From Ophelia neglecta (lineage: Eukaryota), in the NCBI GenBank assembly GCA_965285935.1, contig OZ260664.1, positions 64,790,001 to 64,854,000 of the forward strand: a stretch of DNA of 64,000 nucleotides. Reading direction: 5' to 3'. The notes beneath the pieces are model-generated. The model saw only the letters and a list, made by a program, of their open reading frames with translations. It did not search any database and was not told the DNA's origin. Positions 43,601 to 56,912 of the stretch are shown one piece after another (the stretch's first letter is position 1; every line of letters starts with the position of its first letter). A program made the translations under genes and the position numbers.

Positions 43601-46044
43601 CTATAAAAGCTATGGAGGCTTTGAACCCAATATGGTGTCGTAGCTTTGGTTTGAGATAAAAAAGGAAATTGCCAGGTTGAATTTTGACCTAGATATAGGT
43701 CCAAGGAACCTGCCATAATTCATTGCTGTGGAATGTATTTTGGGTGCGAGTGCCAATCATTGTCCACAGGTTATTAATCACTAAGGACCTAGCCCTCAGT
43801 GCCCAAAATATGATTGACTGTCCTTCCTCATTTGCAATATGATTTATCATCAGAGGTATGAAATATTAATTGTTATATATGTTTTATATACATTGTTCTA
43901 TACAATGTTAAGAACATAAAATTTTCAACAATGGGTAAACAGTGAATACTTTTTATAATGTTCATATCTGACAGGATCAAGTATCTGTCAGATCTGAATG
44001 TCTCTTCAAATAAAAATGGTTACATATAATAATAAATGTATACATTACAATGGTAAAAATGTCTATGACACTCAGTCTTGAAATGAACTAACAAACCTAG
44101 TTTTAACAGGTTGGTAGGACTCTCAGTTCTCTTCACTGAGTGCAGGCACTCAGTCCTCAGGACTCTTAGTCCTTTCAAAGGGGCTTGAGTACTTTTCTCC
44201 CAAAGAAAGTTCACATATTTTGGTGTCTGCGGTAAAATTGCCAAAGATAAATCCATTCACATACAAATTCAGTCGCAATTCGTGTGATGCAATAGTTACA
44301 GATTTTACCTTAACCAAACCCTGTGGACTTTACTTTTGGTAATGTGCACATTCCATGTTTTACAGTATTTCATTTTGAACATCTAAGCCCTAAAAAATGT
44401 GAAATTCCCCCACAATGTAATTTCTTTAACTTATTTACCCTGGAGCATGCTCAATATTTTCATATTCTCTTCTGTGCAAAAGACTTATGCCATAATGCTA
44501 ATAAAATAAATACTTTTGAAAATTTCCATTTGTTGCAGTTTCTGTGACAGTCGTGTAGAACCATTGCCATTTTCCCCCTTTCTGGAAATGAAAATGTGAC
44601 CAGGAACAAAAATTTCTGGTCTAGATGGTTACTGTGTTGCCAACTTCTCAGGTGACTGACATTACATCCTTTGGCTAGTTTTTTAAACTTAGCAACTCTG
44701 AGGTAGCCTACTGAAGTTGTCCTCTTTTTTTAATGACTTTTCCTTCACATACCATTCCGTGACTGTATGCCAGGGAACACTATGTTTTGTTTATATGCTG
44801 CTGGCTGATTTGTAGGCCTATTGTAATGCATTCCTGTTATATGACTGGTCAGTTCATAGTGAAATTGAAGTGTAAAAAATGGCAGGTATGCCTTTGATCT
44901 GTTATTTCAGTGCTATCAAGCAGGGAAAAGAAGCCAGGAGATTTTTGTGTGTGTTTGGATTGCAAGCAGCAGCTCGGTGTCAATAATTACATTGTGTTTA
45001 TTTCCCTATGATCTGAAGTATCCAATACTTGATTCTCTATAAAAGATCCCAGTTCAGATGGTTGAACTATGCTAAGTGTACATGGTCTGACCAGAGCTTT
45101 ATAAAAATATGTGGTTAAACATGACAATCTTTGGTTACCCATGCCTGCCACATGGCCTGTTGAAGGTAAATATTATCTTAGTTATGCCATATGAGGTGAA
45201 TTACAGTGTGATAAAGTGCAGGTGGGTCCTAAACTTATCCAGGGATGTCTTTAGCACAGATACCTTCTGATTAGGTTCAAATGTAGAAAATTGTGAAAAA
45301 GTATAGAAGGTGTTAGGAGACAAGATATGAAGCATAAGAAATATAACAATTGATTAAGGTTCTTCAGGCACATTCTAAACATAAAGACATTTTTGTTAAG
45401 GTTTTGTATGGTATTATCTGCTGTTCTGGAGGCATGCCCAGGCACATTATATATTTTCACCAGATGCAATAGTCACACTCACCAAAAAACCCTATAGATC
45501 TCAGAATATGCACACATGTTATGTGAATGTTGAGGAGTGAAGAAACAAGACCTACACGTGTCTCGTGTCTCGTCTTCAAGGGATTGATTGAAGTGCTCAC
45601 AAATATCACAGTTGAAATTGGAGCTCGGATCGAACATAAGTGGAATGGTTGTGGTTTTCCTGTTGCTGGCCCTGTGCCTGGTTGTTGGTGTCACCAACGC
45701 TGGACACTTCTAACCCTGATGGCTGTGTTCCTGGCAGCTCTAATTAAAACCACCTCAAATTGGTGTAGCCACAAAATAGTGGCCTCATATGATTTGAGTT
45801 GTTCACATTTGCCTGCTTGATATGATGTGAGTCTGGGGATCTGGGGTCAACACCCACTCAACCATCCATGAAATATGGCCCCTGCTTGCCATGTTCCCAG
45901 TTGTTAATTTCACTCATCCACAGAGTAGATGATGATCTGGACAGTCTCTTTAATGATTATACATGATGGTGACATGCTGCAGGTTATGTTGATGTTTGCA
46001 CCTACCATCCTATCTTAGCTGTACCTAAATGAGCAAGAATGTGT

Positions 46045-46610
46045 AAAAGAAAGGCTTGGAAAAGAAACAATTTGGAACATTTAATTCTATACATCACATG
46101 TCTCTCTTGCAGTTTTAACTTTCTAAAAAATGACATGACATTAAAAACGAAAGTGGTGGTCATTTGCTGGTATGTAATGACAATTTTGGTCAAGTTACAA
46201 TGGAAAGAAAAAATCTCAATTTGACCTTGTAAAATAGGTTAAGGTCCAATTCATGGACATCTATAGGTTCCTTGCCCTTGAATTATTGTTAGTTTTCAGT
46301 ACATTTTATCTGCTGGTCTGGGACTGTTAAGCAAGTATATAGTCAATGTCAAATTGAAGGTCAACTGTAGAATCCCTTTATGAGCTTTTAGTGGTCAGTA
46401 CTTTTTATATGCTCATCTTGCACTGTAAAGCATTTAACAAGCTACATGGCAATTTTCAACAACTCTGGTGACCATTTTTGTTTCTCCAGCATGTCTTTAT
46501 AAGAAAATACTGTACAAGCAAATTTGGTCAAATTTGTACCCATGAATCCAGAGCCCTGTAGCTAAATCCGTTCAAATTGTATCGTAAGATGTAGGGTTAT
46601 TAAGACCATG
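46045..46610. repeat. Diverged repeat, copy 1 (copy 2 at about 48700-49220)
   Basis: Collinear shared blocks such as AATGACATGACAT(T/C)AAAAACGAAA, CTGTAGAATCCCT(T/G)TATGAGCT(T/G)TTAGTGGTCA(G/A)TACTTTTTAT and CTGTAG(C/T)TAAA(T/G)CCGTTC; boundaries approximate. Confidence 0.75.
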
Positions 46611-48699
46611 GCTGTGATGGTGGGTTAAGGGCCCAAATATGGCTGAAACAATGGGCCAGAGGTCAGGAAACCCAAAACTTATCCTAAAGCATCCTGCAGC
46701 AGATGCAGAGTAGGTGCTGGAGGCATAAAAATCAAGATAGCTGTTCAGTTAAAAATTTAATATGATGTTTCCAGGTTTTTTGATTGTTTTATGTTTTGAC
46801 CTTGGAAGATTACCTTGAAGGTCAAAATCAATGTGATTATCAGATGTGCCACCAGAGCCTCTGCCTCCATGATACTACGAGAATCAGAGTGAGTCACTTA
46901 GTCTAGTAGATGAAGATTTCCTGGTGCTAATAGTAGTGCCGCCTTGGAAAATTGCTGTGGTATATTACTTGAATCTCCTCCACATATGCTACTTTCACAA
47001 TAAATTTGTCAACAGAAAAGATACTATTAAAAGAAACCTGCTTGATAGTTTGAATAGGTTTAAATTTCTCTGTTTTATGTGCTTAGGCTTAGTGAAATAT
47101 ACTGAATGTCTATTGAGGATGACAGAAGTTGGAAATATGAAATTTGTCATCAGAAAGATATTTTTAGAAGGAATCAAACAGTATTTTGCTTGCTATGGCA
47201 ACTCAAAATAAAATTGATTACCCTATAAAATAAAAACTGTTTACTTTTTTTTATTAATTTTGCTGGGGCACGGAAGTATATTCTTATGTCTTTTGGAAGT
47301 CAAATGCTGAAAACTTGATAGATAACCAGAATGTGACTTTAACCTACACGTGAATTGTAAGGTAATTGGCATATTTCTGGGCATCTAGAATGAGGCATTG
47401 TTTTGACCTTAAAAAGGTTTGTAGACTTGAAGCCATGCCTGAAGTTTTGTATAGTGTTTGAGTTATGTCCCTGCTACCTTTCTCTACCTTGGTTTGTACA
47501 ATATGACAGGCTGAGCTTCAGCAATGAGTTGTTTGCCTTGGTCATTCACACAGGTTTCCTGCAGGCACAGACATTATATATAAATTGTATATAACTGGGT
47601 CTATCTCCTTCAGATAATGTGTAGATAATCGGACCATGTTTTTTGAGATGGTTCATGTTTGATGTGTCTACATTGGCTACAACAGTATGGAAATATTGCA
47701 TGAGCATTCCAAATTCATGAAAAATACAGCTCAATCCACATTGTGAGTATGTTTATATCTGCCAGTTTCAATCACCTCTTGAACCAACATTTGATCTTTT
47801 TTAGACTTATTGCAAATGGAGTTGGACTTTTTCAGGAGTGAACTACATCTTCCATGTTTATGACATTTTAATTCATTTTTGTCTTTCATGCCTATGAGGA
47901 AAATTAATGTCAAATTGTAAGAGCAGAAAACTTACCAGTGCTTCACTACATTTACACAAATCGGAAATGTAATCGCAAACATTAAGATATTATATACAGG
48001 TACTGTACTTTAAGTTTGCTTGTGGACATCTTTCCACAAACCTGTACTGAGACCAGATCATCATCCTAGTCATGGTCCACGTGCTTGTCCATACAAGTGT
48101 ATATAGCATTGTATATGAAGTTCAATGGTGTTTCCTGCTTAATATGACACACTAACTGATTTCTGCTTGTGAGACACTAACTCCCACGTTTATGTTTTCA
48201 AAAACTGCACGCTACTCATCCTAACCAATGCAGTGCAACATTTTCAGTCCCAGAAGTAAAGCAATCCACATGTAATCAACCTCACAGTTGGACTTGCTGG
48301 GCTTTTTCCATGTTTGTGGGAGGAAAGCTACCAAGTTTAAACTATACATTAATTCAGATTTTGAGATAAGTGTATATATATGTTTACTATCATATGATCA
48401 TTGTCAATCTACCCAGTAATGTTCATGGCAGAAATGGCCTCATTCTTCCATTTGTTTCACGCAAGCCTTTTGAGGTGTTAGGTTGTGAACAATTGTCAGG
48501 GAGCAAATTGAATAGACATGCTGTAAGCTTAACAAAAAAGTACTAGGATCTCATCAGTGTGCTCATTACTTTTGAGCTGTGTGCCATCTTCTTTAAGATT
48601 TGTCTTAAGATTTAGCTTCTTAAAAATAACTATAATATTTTAGTATCAACGATAAACCCAAATGAAATCAACACTATAGTGTTGATAATATGCCTCCAG

Positions 48700-49220
48700 T
48701 GTAAAAAGAAATTGATAGGTAAACAGTTTGGAAAAGTTAATTCCATATATTATGCATATATCTGTCTTGTAGTTTAAGTTTCTAAGCAATGACATGACAT
48801 CAAAAACGAAAAAAGTGACCATTTCGCTGGTTTGCAATGCCAGTCTTGTGGTCACTAGCTCTGCAAGGGGTTGAAATTGTTATCAGGTCCCTCAGTGACT
48901 TTAAGCTTATATAAATTTACAGAGATCACTGAATAAACAAATGTGAACTTCTGCTGGTTTCTTTCTTTAATTTGCAATTTTTTCCAGTCTCATCAAATTG
49001 GTCTCCTTAAAGCCAGGGTTTGGGAGACTGAGAATGAGAAGGTAGTCTCAAAAAATGTTAGCATCAAAGGCTGCTGTAGAATCCCTGTATGAGCTGTTAG
49101 TGGTCAATACTTTTTATGTGTACATGTACCCCATTCTCTGCACCTCAGCATGTCAGTGGCCTGTAGTTAAAGCCGTTCTGGCGCTATTGTGAAAACATAG
49201 GATCATCAAGTCAATGGCCT
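48700..49220. repeat. Diverged repeat, copy 2
   Basis: Same collinear blocks as 46045-46610, same orientation, about 2.7 kb downstream; boundaries approximate. Confidence 0.75.
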
Positions 49221-49317
49221 TGTCTTTTCTTTTCATTTCTACCAAAATCTAATCAGGTCATCAATAAAATCTCAGCACATATATAATTTGTCAGGAGGTT
49301 TCACTATTGTAATAGTA

Positions 49318-49603
49318 TGTACCTGTATCTGTACCTTTACAAGTACCTGCACCTGTACATGTACCTGCATCTGTACATGTACCTGCACCTGTATATGTAC
49401 CTGCACCCTTACATGGGCATGTGCATGGTACATGTACATGGACATGCATGTACAGGTACCTGCACAATGTCAAGTACATGTACATGTTCATGAACCTGCA
49501 CATGGGCATGGAATTGTACTTGTACATATAAATGTACCTGAACATGGACATGTATTTGTACACATTCATATAAATGTGCCTGCACATGGACATGTGCTTG
49601 CAT
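49318..49603. repeat. Degenerate hexamer (TGYACM) simple repeat
   Basis: Runs of TGTACC/TGCACC/TGTACA/TGGACA with 6-nt period; explains the CTCTC, HVHV and MYMY low-complexity ORFs here. Confidence 0.9.
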
Positions 49604-52600
49604 GAAAGCTCTATTATATTGTTGATATCGGGATGTGCCGCCTACATGTGTGGGTTTTTAAAAGTCGGTATTTAACTGCATGGGGCCGTTTTCCAGTTGG
49701 CACTTACATTGGTTGATGATTCAAAGCTGAAATCTATTTGTATTGGATAAATTTTTGGCAAACCTTATGTGGAAGGGTATGGGTATATTTTAAGAATGTT
49801 ATGTATATATGGTAAGATAAAATGCATTTTTTGTTAATAGAAGCCAGTTGTAATGAGTCATGGGTACATATCTGTTAGGCACAAATCATGTGTTTTATCT
49901 TAAGTGTAGGTTTAAGATCAATCATAATAAAATCAGTTATAAAAGTGAAATGTCCTCAAAAGGTGTGCAGGCCAGTTCATCCTACCTCATCCTAGTTACT
50001 CAAGGTCATTTGCAGTAATTTAAGTTACAGTATAAACATGTATACAAGTTTGTGTATGTGAGCAATAAAGTCATGCAAGTGCTTTAGGGGGTGGTTGTGG
50101 GGAGGGGGAGGGGGGCAAATTCTTTGTGTCTGGGAACATTGCCCCCCCTCCCCCTCCCCTGTCAGAGATGGTGCCAAACCTGTGACCTCCCATATCAGGC
50201 AGGACCCTGCTGATTCTCTGTGGACCCCTCCCCTCCCCGCCCACACACACCGACACACTATGCTTTTGGGCAGTATAAAGGTATTCTCTTCTTTTAGAAA
50301 TGCCAGTTAATGAATTTATGTCTGTCTTTAAAGCTTTTCCTTGTGAGACTGGAGCCTTTTTTATTTAGATTCGGCCTCTGCCACCCATCAGCTATGGGAC
50401 TAATTGACCTTGCAGTTTTCTAGACCGCTCAATTTTTAACTAGACTCAGTCTGATAATCTGACAATTGGTTTTAATGCCTTTGAACTGTTTGGAATTTAT
50501 TATTTAGGGGTTCACTATACCGAATAAACTATGAAATATTTCCACCAGGGTCACAATTTATATTAATTTTAAATTGGTATTGTTTAGATCAGAAATAATG
50601 ATCTCTATTACAGCATTTCTGAGGAAGCTAGCCATGACTTTTAAATAATGGCATCACAATGGACATTGTCTATGTCCAATGTTTAATCCAAGTCTTAAGC
50701 ATTGAGGAACAACCAATGCTGAGAGCTGTTAGGAAACCACTTTTTGTATTTCTAAAATCTTTATTTTAATTTTAAAAGCTAGCTACATGTAGTGGAAAGA
50801 AACTACATTGGGAGCCTATAGGAAACTGCATTCTTAGCAGTTAATTTAGTAATTAAGTTTACTCTCTCAAATTTATTTCTTCATGCATCAATATTCTGAC
50901 AGACATGTCTATTATGATCCATTTTATATAAGTGGGTGCCATCCATTTCTAGAAGCCTTGTTTCATAGCTGGTTCTCATGGTTTGATATTAATTTTCATG
51001 GAAAAATTTCTTAACATGCTTCATTTTTGTTTACATGGTTATTCCCAATATTTCTATTCTGTAAATGTCTTTGTTGATGTGATCTTTTCAAGCCCCAAAC
51101 TGCATTATCAAAACTTTTATCACCCAAATTAGATTGTTGTCCCATTAGCGCCTATCAATCAAGATAATTACCACCCGGTTATGGTTATTCTACTCTACTA
51201 GGCATGGACATGCCAGTTCATGTTGCTCCAGACAGAAGTGATTTGTGGGACGTAGAAGTAGATGCTCTCCTCCAGGCACCTAGGATGATGCTATATTTGG
51301 AAAAAGCAAGACAGACTTACCTGTGACGTTGTGTTAACAATAAATGGTCCTCATCTCATCTATACATGAAGCTGTGATACAACACTATATTATACAGATC
51401 TAGCCGTTTTGTGATTGCTAGAACATACAAATGAATACTGTAGAAGATCATGCACTTATTAATCCAAAATTGCCAATCTTGATAAGCCATGCTCTTGCCA
51501 TAAGACATATGACGACTGTGAGTATATATATACTTACATAGATCTGGCATGCTTTGCTCGTGAATGTTAAACTTGCAGGAAGTGGACACTACCTGCTATT
51601 GTACATACCGTTTCCAGCGACAAGCACCCAATGGAAGAGAAATAATACAGTGTGGTAGATAGTAGGCAGTCTTGAGAGTGATAGGTATAGTAAATGACTA
51701 TGGTGCCACCCGCCTCTTCACCTCAGCTAGTAAGGACAGACATGTAGAAAGATACATATAAGACTGCACAGTGACTAGGTCTTTTAGATTCTGGTCTGCA
51801 GCTGAAGTCTGTCTCCCTCTGTGCTCTGTCCAATAGGCCACAGACGCTGTTTTTCCAACTTTAGCTATTCACGTTGAGTTTCTTCACCGGCAGGACAAGT
51901 AGAAATAGTATCTGTTTAGGATAACAATGTAAGGTGGATAGCGGGTCATTTTTTTGTATGATGTTATTAATGGAAACTGGGATTTCCAGTGAGTGCAACT
52001 CACAAGGGCTGTCAGTACAGCCGCTCCTAGCAGAAAGTGTAGAAATTCATGTTTCTGCCCTGAGATACACTGTGTGTAGTAATGCTGAAGTTTATGAATG
52101 ATTCCAGAGTGATTGATATGTGTCTGTGACCAGAGGTAGACATACAGGTGTTGGTGGAGGGGGAGGCAGCCTCTTGACCCCAGGCTATCTTTACCCAGCT
52201 CTACACGGGCCACACCCTACCAGCAGATCACATTCCCTGTCCAGTGACTAGCACCATCCTGCCCGTCGCCAAATTAGAGCTCACCTAGATACCTAGCTAA
52301 CCACAAATATTGGACTCATTTCTGCAGCTGCACATCATCCCCTGCTCCACAGCCCACATTACAAAAAGGAGCATGGTTGGCAGCTTTTGGCCTAACCTAA
52401 ATCTGATTAGGATCATTTCTCTTATTTTTCAATATATTAAATTGGCACATGCCAGAAATTACCCACATATCCACCCACAATCTCTGAATGACTTTTTAGC
52501 TCAGGTATAGGTGTGCCTCAAATTCCTCTGCTATTTGAGATAACTGGTTAATCATTATGTTTTTGTCAACAATAGAGAGTGCTTATTGCTGGGAATAAAA

Positions 52601-52723
52601 TAATCTCATGAATTCCAAGCCTGAGCCACAGGTAAATTCTCTCAACACACTGACCTACAGTGTTAAGAGTTAATCTCATGTCTATGATAAATGGCTTATA
52701 TATGAATTTATGTTTATCTCCAT

Positions 52724-52871
52724 CACTGGTTCTTGTATCAGTTGAAAAAAGCCAAAATAAATGCCCCTTATTCTATTTGAAATGTCATTTTATATAGTAT
52801 ATAGGGGGTTTTATTTAGTATGCCTTTATTATATGCCTTTATTTCCCTACTTCCTGATACAAGAACCTGTG
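52724..52871. mobile_element. MITE with 8-bp TSD (P- or hAT-superfamily derived)
   Basis: 18-bp TIRs CAC(T/A)GGTTCTTGTATCAG (17/18), flanked by an exact 8-bp duplication ATCTCCAT at 52716-52723 and 52872-52879. Confidence 0.82.
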
Positions 52872-55800
52872 ATCTCCATATTCAGAACTTGACAAATTAA
52901 GTTTACAGACACAATTAAACGTGTGGCCACACACTGTTATAAGTGTGAGGGCACCAGGGTCGAGGTAAACCAGGCCTCAAGAATTTCACCTATTGTCCTG
53001 CCGAGGTATGACGTTGAGCTTTTAAAAATGCTTAAAAGTCAAAGTAACCTCTTGAAGCCAGAGGTTGGCGAGGCCAGTCAAAACTTATCTAGTGAGGCAA
53101 AGAGGCCATCTTTTTTTCAGAAGAGCCTTGTACAACCACCACTGTGGGTCTTTTTCTAAGACTAGTACTTCTGCTGGCCTAGTTTTTCCCTGTGATCATC
53201 TGTCAAGTGTTGGTTGTGGGAACAGTGATGATGGCTAGTAGGTATCAATGAGTGGGTTGGATGAAATGAATAAAGGCAGTTAATAGGGCTTCACCTTCCC
53301 TGCTCATGGTGGAGATACATGGTATTCAGGGGAGTATGAGTCAGTAACCAAACCCATCAAGCTAACCAGAAAAGTGTGCCTCCGACAGCCTAGGGCACAC
53401 GCTCAGCCGTGTCAGTCCCATTCTTTACAATTGGCCACCTACGCTGATTAGACATACTCATATGTCAATGATTAATTCTAAACCTAGTATAAACTTATCA
53501 GGCCTAATATCTAACCTCATCTCCTTATTCTATATCATTCTGCATTGTCTATAAAAGGCAAGAAATTGTTTGGTATTTTAAATCTGGTCTGAACAGGTCT
53601 GTAGCATTTTCATATTGATTTTAGCTGTTGGTTCATATTATAGGAGGTGTTTGGATGGCAAATTGTGTCTTTTTTGTGCAATTATCTGATTGAAAAATAA
53701 TTCTTTTAGCCATAGTCCTGGATAACTAATATCACCCCATGATTAGTTAGATCAAAGTCAGTGTGATGATTGGTAATCTCATTGTACATATCACAGCTAA
53801 CACCTTCTCTTCTCTGTGTTATGTTACCACACACCTACACTAGATGGATTTTTATCCCTTATAAAAAAAATCTCATTACACAATAGCACTTGGTTCTTCT
53901 ACCTGCCCACTCAGCAGTAGCTATTAGTATGTGTGGGACTGGAGGACGGCAGACGTGAATGGAGCTGAGGACAGTGGGTGTTATTGGTCTGAGCAGTGGA
54001 GCCCGCCTGTCAGAGGCATGGCAGCTGGGCGTGGGCCCGTGCGATGAGCTGCTTGTGGGCGGATAATGAATGGATTAACAGCCGTGCCTACCTGGATGGT
54101 TTGTCCTAGTTGTTGTCTCCTCCCCTGTAGCTTGGTGCAATCGGGCGAGTGGGTTACCAGACTAGATACAGTCCATGTCTCCAATGTTACCACAAGTAAC
54201 AGACAACTTCAGTAATACGCAGAATTTTATTATTAATTGGTAAAAATGTGATAAAGTTGAACAATATTAAACTGCTTTAAAAAGTTGCGTCTGATTTTAG
54301 ATAGTTTGAATGTCAATTGCCTAACAAATATGATGAATCAATCTTAGCAAAAGAAGGCAGGCATGACTCTTCCAGAGAGAAAGTTGATTTGAGTCGACAT
54401 CACATTAAATGTCACTGGACAGCCTTAGTTTGCATTGCTTAATAAAAGTAGCATACCTTGGTTAAATCCAGATCTCGTGGCTAAACAGGTTTGATAGGCA
54501 AAAAAAATAAATCGGTTGCCTTACCACCACAACAGGCAAGGGCAGATTATTCTTAATAACACTATGTTCATGGAGAAGTCGCAAGTTGTCATGGTGATTT
54601 AGGTATTTTTATTGTGATTAATTTTTCTGTTCCATGTGGTCTTAGCCTGTAAGGGAATCCATATGTGAGTTGCTCCGTGCGAATTACAAAACACATGCTG
54701 CTTAATATGATGTTTCACCATTTTCATTTAAAAACTAGATCATAAAAACTCTTTAGTGTGTGCAAATGTCTCTTTTATATTTGCAGGTATAACAATATGA
54801 ACTGAAAACCAAGAAAGCCTTAGAAAGATATGATAAGTTTGAGCCCTTTAATCATGAAGTTTCAGAGTCAAACAGGAGACTTGAGACTTTGTATATTCCA
54901 TTTAGGCAAATCTCAACCAACCAAACGTTCAGCCTGACCAAACCAAAATATACGTTTATCCCAAAACAATTTTAAGCTCTGTTTAATTCTTAACCCTAAA
55001 AGTGATAAAATTAAACTTTCGAGACTTACAAAGATAACCATGTGTGCTGTTTATAACTGGATTTATTGATTTCTGGCAGATTTTAACCATATTTCACATA
55101 AGTCACCCTCAGGGACCCTAAATGTGCCTTTTGGGGGTGTATAAGTATTTTTTCAAACATACTTTGTTTCTGGAGTAGATCTCCAAAACTGCTAGATGGA
55201 TTACAATCATATTACACCTGGGTGATGCTCACGGGGCCCTAGATGTGCCTCTAGGGTAACTGTACTTTAGCCTACTTTACTGTAGAATTCCAGGCCAAAT
55301 ATCATGATCATAGAAACCTTTTTTCTGAAGCAGTTTTCCAAAATTACTTCTTGGGTTGCAACAATGTTACACGCTTGAGAATGCCAGGGGCGTACTTTGG
55401 TCCACTTTTGGTGCAGCCTTGTATAGCAATTTTTTCTTTATCCAATATCCATAATTCACTTCTGGAGAAGATCTTCAAACTGCTGGATGGATTGAAAGAG
55501 TGATATCTAGTGGCCCAAAGTGCCTTTTGGATAACTGTATTTGGCCTAATTTTTGTGCTAAACTGTATAGAGTAGTTTTCATCACTTTGATTCAGGATCA
55601 GGTCTCCTGAAATTATGGTTGGATTATGACCATACTGCTCATGAGTAATGCCCAAAGACCCTGCCCTAGATGTGCCTTTGAGGGTAAACAGTTTTCATTT
55701 TTAATTATAACTTAATTGTGACAAGAGTTAAGGAGATATTTCTGCTTTAATGATGTTGATGTGGTGATAGTTTAAGGAGGCCTTGTTTACTACCACCTTG

Positions 55801-56511
55801 TTGGTTGTTGTTCATTATTTTGTTTAATTTCCCCACTTGCTTCAAATATTTGCTGTTATTTGAGCCAAATCTTATAGTTTGTTTACTAAAGTTCACCGAG
55901 ATACAGATCAATCACCTTTGAAATTAAATTTTTCAAGCAAATTGGATTTGTATCATGGCATTGTGAACTATCTTCCCTTAAGGAAGTTCCCTGTGGAATA
56001 GCACAAGTGTTTTTTTGTTGATTGTATTCCTCCTAGAACATAGTCATCAGCAAGAACCATTGTAATTTATCACTGATCTTGTCTGTTGCATTTGAATGTT
56101 ATTGTGCACCTTTACTTCCATTTAACCTAAATATCTCGTGTTCTTGGGATATATTAAGATAGTTTTATGTTGTGTCTTGTTTACCATGAGAGTGTGACAT
56201 TACACTCCGTCAGTTTATAGCTTTAATATATTGGCAGTTTACTTCTCCTCTCGTTGGTATACAAATGTCCTTTTGAATAGGTTGGCTATCTTGCATTAAT
56301 AGGTTAGATTTTTATGACCTCGGCGGCTATGGGTTAGAGAGCCTTATCCTGAGTGACGGATTTAGTTGGTAAATTTGTGTATCTTCCTGATTGATAATCA
56401 GGATATTTGCAGTTTTTTTGGGAACTTTCATGTACACCCCAATATCAGAGCTCTGTAATGCTATTATGACCTTGTTTATTTAAGGCTTGATTTAACCTTG
56501 TGTACCCCTTG

Positions 56512-56773
56512 CATGTACTTCACAGAATCTGGAGAAAAATAGTCATCTATAGGTCTCTGACAGAAATTCACCTATAAAAATTTCTTCAAATAGCATTGAA
56601 GATTATATTTCATTATATTTTTTTTTAATAATATGTCTAGTATCTTCTATTCTATTATGTTTCATGATTAAACCTGGTTGACAGTCTGAAAGAATATTTC
56701 AAACAATCTTGATAAATTGTCCAGATATGGTATAAATTTTACAATTGCTTAATCATATTTTCACCTGAAACAT
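56512..56773. repeat. Diverged direct repeat, copy 1 (copy 2 at 59243-59525)
   Basis: Shared collinear blocks CATGTACTTCACAGAATCTG, CTTCAAATAGCATTGAAG, TAATATGTCTAG, CAGTCT(G/T)AAAGAA and CATATTT(T/C)CACCTG(A/G)AACAT. Confidence 0.8.
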
Positions 56774-56912
56774 TAACAAGCAGGCCAATGATTCTTCATA
56801 TATGGCATGCAAACTGTGTAGTAGATCCACTTCCCTACCACTATCATGACTAGGCAACACCCAAATCCTCTGTGATACTGAAATCAGCTCAAATCCCACA
56901 AAACTGCCATAA

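Noticed and set aside
49288-49605. Cys/Thr-, His/Val- and Met/Tyr-rich ORFs suggesting metal-binding peptides
   Set aside because: All are translations of the same degenerate hexamer repeat in different frames.
55040-55760. Three copies of CCTARATGTGCCT motifs and the 103-aa ORF
   Set aside because: Looks like decayed HINE-type core repeats, but I cannot define the ends; the ORF has no protein signature.
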